Virus record (IMG/VR): IMGVR_UViG_2531839234_000021
Strand: one strand, 5' to 3'
Length of the DNA stretch: 4,566 nucleotides
From: a virus
Lineage: Duplodnaviria > Heunggongvirae > Uroviricota > Caudoviricetes
The notes beneath the pieces were generated by a model. It saw nothing but the letters and a program-made list of their open reading frames with translations. It was not told the DNA's origin and did not search any database. Made by a program: the position numbers and the translations under genes. Shown piece after piece: positions 1 to 4,566 of this stretch (positions are counted from its first letter, which is position 1; every line of letters begins with the position of its first letter).

Positions 1-23
1 ATACCGCCAAACGTCACCAGAAA
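1..23 (-). ncRNA. dicF: DicF small RNA, 5' portion only; the rest lies beyond the left edge of the window
   Basis: The reverse complement of 1-23 reads TTTCTGGTGACGTTTGGCGGTAT, which matches my recollection of the 5' end of the 53-nt E. coli DicF sRNA. It is on the same strand as, and downstream of, the repressor-side operon, as in the Qin dicA-ydfABC-dicF-dicB arrangement. Recalled from memory, not searched. Confidence 0.5.
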
Positions 24-363
24 ATTGATAACAGAGGGCGTTGCAGCGGGGTTGTCACTTAAGCGTATGGTCAACCTGACAACCCGGTGTCCTCAACGGG
101 GAAGGAATAACCCCGCCATACTTACCGCCGCGCCATTTCGCGGATTGCCACAACCGGAAGCGCACGGTCGACGAAAATTTAACGACAGGCTATCTATGAA
201 CCAGCTACCTCGCCGTGCGCTTTCGCGTTATGGTCTGACTTTTCAGGGAAATATCCTTTCAGTAAACTGTCAGTGCCGGATGCTCACCCGTGTCCGGCGC
301 ACGCACTCCACCTCACCCGTGGAGAACTACTTAATTACCAACCTTAGCTTCGTTGGTTAGCTA
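24..363 (-). other. Structured untranslated region between the 72-aa gene and dicF; probable processing substrate
   Basis: No minus-strand ORF with a ribosome-binding site. GC-rich with several inverted repeats: GTTGTCA 51-57 / TGACAAC 77-83, GCCGGA / TCCGGC near 274-300, ACCAAC 337-342 / GTTGGT 352-357. Confidence 0.35.
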
Positions 364-582
364 TTAACGCGGGTATGTAATCATTCTGGCAATGCTTAAT
401 GCCGCTGCTTTTTCCAGATTGGTGATATCCTGCTCCAGAGCGGACAGATTTTCAGCCTGCTTAGCCCTGGCTTCATTGGCCCATTTCAGGTCCTGCACCG
501 CCTTAATTTTCTGGTGCATCCACTCATAAAGTTCATCATCGGTATAGTCTGGCGCGATGATGACGGGGTCTCGTTTCTGCAT
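364..582 (-). CDS. Small hypothetical protein, 72 aa, in the ydfC position of a DicA-type early-left operon
   Basis: Complete ORF with ATG at 582-580 preceded by a strong Shine-Dalgarno AAGGAG (complement of 588-593) at 5-nt spacing. Same strand as the repressor and dicF. Length equals that recalled for K-12 YdfC, but the sequence itself is not recognised. Confidence 0.65.
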   Translation of the reverse strand: MQKRDPVIIAPDYTDDELYEWMHQKIKAVQDLKWANEARAKQAENLSALEQDITNLEKAAALSIARMITYPR

Positions 583-654
583 GTCGGCTCCTTGTGGTTA
601 GCGTTGCCTGCTTTTTAACCACGTCAGGCGAGGTGGTATCCTCTGAGGGGTCTG

Positions 655-954
655 TTACTCGAGAGGAAATTGGTTATGAATACAATCAAGTTTTCTTGCC
701 CAGAATGTGGTGGCTAAGTCTTTGACACATCCTTTAAGCCGCAGGGCTCTGACAGTTTCGCGGGAGCCATCTGCAAAAATTGTGGTCACCTTGTAACTGA
801 AGATGAGTCCTCGCAGTTCGATGACGAAATCGTTGACAATATCTTCGGTGCACTCACCAGAGACTTTCTGAAGTAAAGGCGCATACCGCTTAGTTACCGC
901 TCTGATAACTCTTACCTGTCCGGCAATGGCGCTGATATCAATATAAAGCGCCAT
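655..954 (-). CDS. Hypothetical 99-aa ORF; alternative interpretation of the same DNA as the plus-strand zinc-ribbon ORF, possibly a shadow ORF
   Basis: Open frame with ATG at 954-952 but no convincing Shine-Dalgarno. The start codon sits inside the 926-954 hairpin stem. It uses several rare Arg and Gly codons (CGA, AGA, CGG, GGA). It is in exact codon register with the opposite-strand zinc-ribbon frame. No recognisable motif. Confidence 0.25.
   Translation of the reverse strand: MALYIDISAIAGQVRVIRAVTKRYAPLLQKVSGECTEDIVNDFVIELRGLIFSYKVTTIFADGSRETVRALRLKGCVKDLATTFWARKLDCIHNQFPLE
676..876 (+). pseudogene. Small zinc-ribbon protein ORF (two CxxC knuckles) interrupted by an in-frame TAA at 715-717
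   Basis: Strong RBS GAGAGGAAA (661-669) 6 nt before ATG 676. The frame reads MNTIKFSCPECGG-stop-VFDTSFKPQGSDSFAGAICKNCGHLVTEDESSQFDDEIVDNIFGALTRDFLK-stop. CPECGG and CKNCGH form a classic zinc-ribbon pair. A hairpin plus T-rich tract follows at 926-963. Codon usage looks more E. coli-like than the antisense ORF. Confidence 0.4.
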
Positions 955-963
955 CGCTGTTTC
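926..963 (+). terminator. Candidate intrinsic terminator downstream of the zinc-ribbon ORF
   Basis: Perfect 8-bp inverted repeat ATGGCGCT (926-933) / AGCGCCAT (947-954) with a 13-nt loop, followed by a T-rich stretch (TGTTTCTTT). Confidence 0.3.
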
Positions 964-1089
964 TTTGCTGATCCCTGGACGCCTTCCATTCTGATGTTTG
1001 ACTCGCCCACTGAGAAATCCTCTGCTTCCCCTTAACGCCGGGTAGCGGAACTGTTTGCTGAGAACACCGTGCGGTGTCTTGATGAGTAG

Positions 1090-1119
1090 AATTTAGAATA
1101 GCCTAAGAGTTATGGTCAA
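1090..1119 (-). promoter_or_regulatory. Putative early-left (PL-like) promoter with overlapping operator sites
   Basis: On the minus strand: -35 TTGACC (complement of 1114-1119), 18-bp spacer, -10 TAAATT (complement of 1090-1095). A TTAG-N6-CTAA operator-like site lies at 1093-1106 and an imperfect copy (GTAG-N6-CTAA) at 1129-1142. Confidence 0.35.
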
Positions 1120-1155
1120 GCTTTTTGTGTAGAAAAACCTAAGCTTCTTGATGTA

Positions 1156-1185
1156 AAAAACACAAGTATTTGAAAGTTTGTGCTT
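1156..1185 (-). terminator. Weak candidate terminator after the repressor gene
   Basis: 5-bp stem CACAA (1161-1165) / TTGTG (1178-1182) with a 12-nt loop, flanked by A6 on one side and T5 on the other, so a U-tract follows on either strand. The stem is short and AT-rich. Confidence 0.2.
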
Positions 1186-1218
1186 TTTATTACAGAGAGT
1201 TGCGAAAAAAAGGGGGGG

Positions 1219-1626
1219 TTATTTATTTGCGCTTCTTTTGCGAGCTTTGAGTAGTTCTTCAAAAAGTTTGTTGAAATTCTCAACTCGAGCACGCATCTCT
1301 GACAACAGAGCCTTTTGCTCTGACTCAGGCAGTGCGTCGAACAGTTGAAGCAACTCTTTTTGATCTTCTGTCAGATTGACTGGCTGATTATCTGGGATCG
1401 GTTCGCCTGGTTGCTTATCTTCATCTCCAAAAAGAAGCCAAGTCGGCGAGCACTGAAGCGCCTGGCTCAGTGCGAATAATCTCTTCCCCGCTGGCTGTGT
1501 TTCATCTCTTTCCCATTGAGAAATTGTTACGTGAGCCACTTTGACCAGCTTACCTAATGCGGCCTGAGACAGTTTTAATTTTTTTCGCCTGTATAAGAGG
1601 CGAGCACCGAAGGTTTCGTTTTTCAT
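1219..1626 (-). CDS. dicA: Prophage repressor, XRE-family HTH with a C-terminal helical domain and no S24 peptidase domain (DicA-like, 135 aa)
   Basis: Complete ORF. N-terminal HTH signature (LSQAALGKLVKVAHVTISQWERDETQP). Divergent from a Cro-like gene across an operator-rich intergenic region. Length and architecture match E. coli DicA as I recall it. On the same strand as dicF. Confidence 0.85.
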   Translation of the reverse strand: MKNETFGARLLYRRKKLKLSQAALGKLVKVAHVTISQWERDETQPAGKRLFALSQALQCSPTWLLFGDEDKQPGEPIPDNQPVNLTEDQKELLQLFDALPESEQKALLSEMRARVENFNKLFEELLKARKRSANK

Positions 1627-1702
1627 ATTAGGTAATTCTAATTTTTCTTGACTTAGGTTTCTCTACGATCTAGTTTCCTTAGGAAAATCTAAGGGTTTCG
1701 AT
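1627..1702. promoter_or_regulatory. Divergent promoter/operator region between the repressor and cro-like genes
   Basis: Three TTAG-N6-CTAA-type sites at 1628-1641 (ATTAGgtaattCTAAT), 1653-1666 (TTAGgtttctCTAc) and 1679-1692 (CCTTAGgaaaatCTAAGG), spaced 25-26 bp apart. Rightward promoter: -35 TTGACT 1648-1653, 17-bp spacer, -10 TAGTTT 1671-1676. Leftward -10 TAGAAT is the complement of 1635-1640. Cro RBS AAGGG at 1691-1695. Confidence 0.6.
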
Positions 1703-1930
1703 ATGTTGAAAATTGATGCTATAGCGTTTTTTGGCAGCAAAACAAAGCTTGCCAATGTCGCAGGAGTTAGGCTGGCAAGCGTTGCTGCATGGGGGGAACT
1801 GGTTCCTGAAGGTCGCGCGATGCGCCTGCAAGAGGCATCCGGCGGGGAACTTCAGTACGACCCCAAAGTTTATGACGAATATCGTAAGGCAAAGCGGGCG
1901 GGGCGGTTGAACAATGAAAATCACCACTGA
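1703..1930 (+). CDS. cro: Cro-like repressor of the P22 Cro family (DicC-like), 75 aa
   Basis: Complete ORF with RBS AAGGG 7 nt upstream. Sequence (FFGSKTKLANVAGVRLASVAAWGELVPEGRAMRLQEASGGELQYD) resembles P22 Cro as recalled (HFGTQRAVAKALGISDAAVSQWKEVIPEKDAYRLEIVTAGALKYQ). Divergent from the repressor gene. Confidence 0.85.
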   Translation: MLKIDAIAFFGSKTKLANVAGVRLASVAAWGELVPEGRAMRLQEASGGELQYDPKVYDEYRKAKRAGRLNNENHH

Positions 1931-2465
1931 ACAGGTTTGTGAGGCTCTGGATACCTGGGTATGCCGACCAGGAATGACACAGGAGCAGGCGACGATATTA
2001 ATCACGGAAGCATTCTGGGCTCTGAAAGAACGCCCGAACATCGATGTTCAACGCGTCACGTTTAATGATGGCGAGGTTGATCAACGGGCGCTGGGCGTTA
2101 ACCGGGTGAAGATATTCGAACGCTGGAAAGCTATCGACACCAGAGATAAGCGTGACAAATTCACGGCGCTGATTCCGGCAATTATGGAGGCTATCCGGAT
2201 CAGCGATTTCAGGTTGTATTGTGAAATTACTGACGGAAAAAGCATTACGTACATGATCGCCGGGTTAAACAAAGAATATGGCGATGTGGTGGAGTCCGGG
2301 CTGCTTTTTGCGGATCCAGTTGTTGTGGAACGTGAGACTGACGAGCTTATAGAAAAAGCTATTGCTTTCAAGCACGCGTATCGTCAGCAATACCAATATT
2401 ACTTTGCAGATAAACAAATGTCTGCCAGGGGGGCGTATGAGTATCGATGCACTACGATGGGCTAA
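1914..2465 (+). CDS. cII-position regulator, YdaT-like protein, 183 aa
   Basis: Complete ORF overlapping the cro stop by 17 nt and overlapped by the next gene's start. Position between cro and the replication initiator. The family assignment to YdaT/DUF1019 is from memory and tentative. Confidence 0.75.
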   Translation: MKITTEQVCEALDTWVCRPGMTQEQATILITEAFWALKERPNIDVQRVTFNDGEVDQRALGVNRVKIFERWKAIDTRDKRDKFTALIPAIMEAIRISDFRLYCEITDGKSITYMIAGLNKEYGDVVESGLLFADPVVVERETDELIEKAIAFKHAYRQQYQYYFADKQMSARGAYEYRCTTMG

Positions 2466-3477
2466 AAAGGTGAAAACCGGCAGTTCATCCAGTAAGTCAG
2501 TATTGACCTGGCTTGCTGATATGTGCGGTGCCGATTTGTGTGCATACCCGTCTGTATCTGCACTGGCAGAAGTAACGGAACTGAACAAAAAGACTGTGCA
2601 GGACAGCTTACGACACCTGATGGAGATTGGGTTAATTGTTGATACCGGTGAGAGAAAAGGCAGAACAAAGCAAATTGTGGTGTACCGACTTATCGGTGTA
2701 GAAGAAAGTGTTGCCGAGCCTGAATACACCCAAAAACGGGAGTCTTTAAAGGTGGGTAAAATTGGTGCTGTTAATAAAAACAGTACCGAAAATGGTTATG
2801 TTTCAGCACAAAACAGACCCAAAAACAGAACTCTTAGCTGCATGGAAAATAACCAAAGACACCCAAATTTTCCATCAAAGACACCCAAAAACGGATCACG
2901 GAACCCAAAGGAACCCAAAGATCTAAACCCCACACATAACGCACGCGAGAGTGCTCCGACCAGTGAGCAGGAAGTTTTGTCGTTACAGGCAGCCCCCCCT
3001 GTATTCCTGTATGGCCTGAGCGAACCCATCGGAAAATTCCCGATGAGCGATAGCTGGTATCCGTCACGGGATTTTCGACGACGGGCTGCGTTGTGGGGGA
3101 TGGCTTTGCCGGAGACAGAATTTACACCTGCTGAACTTGCCGCCTTCCGGGACTACTGGGCAGCGGAGGGGAAAGTGTTTACGCAGATTCAGTGGGAGCA
3201 GAAATTCGCCCGTCACGTAAATCACGTCAGGGCGCAGGTTAAACCAGTCAGCAAAGGGGTAAACCATGCAGCAGCACCAGGTGGCACCGCATCACGGGCA
3301 GTTCAGGAAATTCGGGCAGCACGTGAGCAGTGGGAACGTGAAAACGGATTTATCAGCGACGGAAACGGCCTGGAAGCTGTGGGAACTCATGGGGGAGGTT
3401 TATTCGAACCGCTGGACCCAGAAGAACGGGGCCGCACCTTCGAAGCTCTGGATTGCACAGATTGGCGCGATGACTGA
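2437..3477 (+). CDS. Replication initiator, lambda O-like: N-terminal HTH DNA-binding domain, low-complexity linker encoded by iterons, C-terminal domain
   Basis: The long ORF begins at 2362, but the likely start is ATG 2437 preceded by a G-rich Shine-Dalgarno (GGGGGG 2428-2433). The N-terminus (MSIDALRWAKK...SVSALAEVTELNKKTVQDSLRHLMEIGLIV) looks like a phage replication-initiator HTH. Iteron-like repeats lie in the middle of the gene. It is immediately followed by a P-like gene. Confidence 0.8.
   Translation: MSIDALRWAKKVKTGSSSSKSVLTWLADMCGADLCAYPSVSALAEVTELNKKTVQDSLRHLMEIGLIVDTGERKGRTKQIVVYRLIGVEESVAEPEYTQKRESLKVGKIGAVNKNSTENGYVSAQNRPKNRTLSCMENNQRHPNFPSKTPKNGSRNPKEPKDLNPTHNARESAPTSEQEVLSLQAAPPVFLYGLSEPIGKFPMSDSWYPSRDFRRRAALWGMALPETEFTPAELAAFRDYWAAEGKVFTQIQWEQKFARHVNHVRAQVKPVSKGVNHAAAPGGTASRAVQEIRAAREQWERENGFISDGNGLEAVGTHGGGLFEPLDPEERGRTFEALDCTDWRDD
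2804..2935. repeat. Iteron-like direct repeats (core ACCCAAA); candidate prophage origin of replication inside the initiator gene
   Basis: AGACCCAAAAA 2815-2825; AGACACCCAAA 2857-2867 and 2879-2889 (22-bp period); GAACCCAAAG 2901-2910 and 2911-2920 (tandem, 10-bp period); degenerate copies AACCAAAG 2851-2858 and AAACCCCACAC 2925-2935. An AT-rich stretch lies just upstream (~2745-2815). Confidence 0.5.
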
Positions 3478-3931
3478 GCAGCAAATCCGGCAGGTCTGCC
3501 GCCAGTGCATGGACCGCTGCCGGGCGGGTGAAACATGGCCTCCGGACCTGGCTGAGTTTGTGGCGTTGATTTCGGAGAGCGGGGCAAATCCATTTGGCCT
3601 GACGGTGGATGCTGTGATGGAGGAGTACCGTCGCTGGAGGAATGAATCCTGGCGGTACGACGGGAGTGATAAATACCCGTGGCCTCAGCCTGTGCTGTAC
3701 CACATTTGCCTCGAGATGCGTTCAAAGGGGATTGAGCGCCAGATGACCGAAGGGGAGTTAAAACGGCTTGCAGAAAGGCAGCTGACGAAATGGGCAAAGC
3801 ATGTTGGTAATGGCCTCAGTGTTCCGCCAGTCCGGCGACAACTGGCAGCACCCAAACGCCCGCCAGGGCCAACGCCAATTGAATTGCTGAAACAGGAATA
3901 TGAGCGCCGGAAGGCGGCCGGTTTTGTCTGA
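3266..3931 (+). CDS. Replication protein P-like (DnaB helicase loader), 221 aa if it starts at 3266
   Basis: Complete ORF. RBS AAAGGGG 6 nt before ATG 3266. The C-terminal two-thirds align by eye with lambda P as recalled (EFVALI ~ QFVAWC; [44 protein letters not shown] ~ YPWKSNAHYWLVTNLYQNMRANALTDAELRRKAADELVHMTARI). The start is uncertain; an alternative is ATG 3470. Confidence 0.8.
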   Translation: MQQHQVAPHHGQFRKFGQHVSSGNVKTDLSATETAWKLWELMGEVYSNRWTQKNGAAPSKLWIAQIGAMTEQQIRQVCRQCMDRCRAGETWPPDLAEFVALISESGANPFGLTVDAVMEEYRRWRNESWRYDGSDKYPWPQPVLYHICLEMRSKGIERQMTEGELKRLAERQLTKWAKHVGNGLSVPPVRRQLAAPKRPPGPTPIELLKQEYERRKAAGFV

Positions 3932-3965
3932 GTTGAGAAGTAATTTTTACCGGGAGGAAAATTTA

Positions 3966-4566
3966 ATGGAAACCGTTTTTGACGCACTGAAAGCACTGAA
4001 AAAAGCCTCGTCGCACGAGATTGCAGCCCGTCTTGAAATCAGCCGTGACGATGCTGTTACCGAACTCTGGAAGCTGAAGCGTCGTGGCGAAGCTGATAAC
4101 AAGGGGTCGATGTGGTGGCTGACGAGTGAGGCAACTGAAGCGGCCCCAAAAACCACTGCAGAGATGCTGATTAACGCGATTGAACAGCATGGTCCTCAGT
4201 CGGCTGACGAACTGGCGTTAATGTTCGGGATTACCTCCCGCCGGGCGAATTCATCACTGGCGATGGCTGTCAGCAAAGGTCGTCTGATTCGCGTAAATCA
4301 GGACGGTAAATATCGTTACTGCATACCGGGCGATAATTTACCGGCAGAGCCGAAAGCTGCATCGGTAACGGAAACCGATGGTAAAGCCTTTCCTCAGCCG
4401 GCAGGTGTTGCGTTACCAGTCCGGGAAGCGGAAACACAGGAAGAAATTAAAACTGAAAGTGTGGCGGTCACAGTGCAGTCACAGTCGTCGTTCATCAGAA
4501 AGCATCCGGATGGTCTGATTTTACCATCGCTGCATGTGGCTAACCGCGAGCTGCGCCGGGCAAAAG
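3966..4566 (+). CDS. Hypothetical protein with two tandem winged-helix-like segments (possibly DUF1627-like); 3' end beyond the window
   Basis: Not in the supplied ORF track because it has no stop inside the window. Strong RBS GGGAGG (3952-3957) 8 nt before ATG 3966. My translation is an open frame to the window end: [55 protein letters not shown]... followed by a second similar segment [54 protein letters not shown]. Confidence 0.75.
   Translation, partial: METVFDALKALKKASSHEIAARLEISRDDAVTELWKLKRRGEADNKGSMWWLTSEATEAAPKTTAEMLINAIEQHGPQSADELALMFGITSRRANSSLAMAVSKGRLIRVNQDGKYRYCIPGDNLPAEPKAASVTETDGKAFPQPAGVALPVREAETQEEIKTESVAVTVQSQSSFIRKHPDGLILPSLHVANRELRRAK

Noticed and set aside
25-360. 111-aa plus-strand ORF from the supplied track
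   Set aside because: No RBS, and the translation is Arg/Cys-rich and low-complexity in character. It lies antisense within the GC-rich structured leader upstream of dicF, where long accidental open frames are expected. The region is better explained as untranslated RNA.
583-660. Sigma-70 promoter for the plus-strand zinc-ribbon ORF
   Set aside because: The candidate hexamers (TTAACC or TTTAAC with TATCCT at 637-642) are weak matches, so no promoter is asserted. Expression could come from read-through or a non-canonical promoter.
955-1092. Upstream open extension of the 99-aa minus ORF (basic-rich ...KTPHGVLSKQFRYPALRGSRGFLSGRVKHQNGRRPG...), briefly considered as an integrase or reverse-transcriptase fragment
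   Set aside because: No start codon in the extension and no catalytic motifs for either enzyme family. The region coincides with the predicted 5' UTR of the left promoter.
955-1218. Search for a lambda N-like antiterminator gene and nut (boxA/boxB) sites on the left arm, and nutR/tR1 between cro and the cII-position gene
   Set aside because: No Arg-rich N-like ORF and no boxA (CGCTCTTA-like) sequence was seen. cro and the next gene overlap, leaving no room for nutR. This fits a DicA/P22-like region without N-type antitermination in this window.
2804-2935. Repeat cluster considered as a CRISPR array or a mobile-element terminal repeat
   Set aside because: The repeats are only 9-11 bp, irregularly spaced, have no spacers of unique sequence, and lie inside a coding sequence. 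This fits replication iterons, not CRISPR or an IS end.
1679-4190. Twelve minus-strand ORFs overlapping the rightward genes (1679..2041, 2081..2371, 2265..2729, 2462..2668, 2796..3029, 2834..3067, 3064..3267, 3353..3703, 3387..3797, 3685..3996, 3947..4156, 3963..4190)
   Set aside because: All lie antisense to well-supported plus-strand genes with recognisable homology. Their translations are Ser/Arg/Cys-rich and low in complexity, and none has a convincing Shine-Dalgarno. They are typical shadow ORFs.

Overview
This window looks like the immunity and early-replication region of a lambdoid prophage from an enterobacterium, with a DicA/DicC-type (P22 C2/Cro-like) switch rather than a lambda cI/N type. 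All calls rest on reading the sequence and on recalled family knowledge; nothing was searched. Leftward (minus strand): an HTH repressor of 135 aa (1219..1626, DicA-like), a weak terminator, a putative early-left promoter (~1090-1119), a small 72-aa gene (364..582), a GC-rich structured untranslated stretch (24..363), and what appears to be the first 23 nt of the DicF small RNA running off the left edge. Rightward (plus strand): a P22-Cro-like gene (1703..1930), a cII-position YdaT-like gene (1914..2465), a lambda-O-like replication initiator (2437..3477) carrying an internal iteron cluster, a lambda-P-like helicase loader (3266..3931) and a 3'-truncated gene for a tandem winged-helix-like protein (3966..4566). 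The divergent promoter region and the left promoter share five copies of a TTAG-N6-CTAA operator-like motif. The items most worth a second look are a plus-strand zinc-ribbon ORF (676..876) broken by one in-frame TAA and competing with an antisense 99-aa ORF, and a 212-nt out-of-frame overlap between the O-like and P-like genes.
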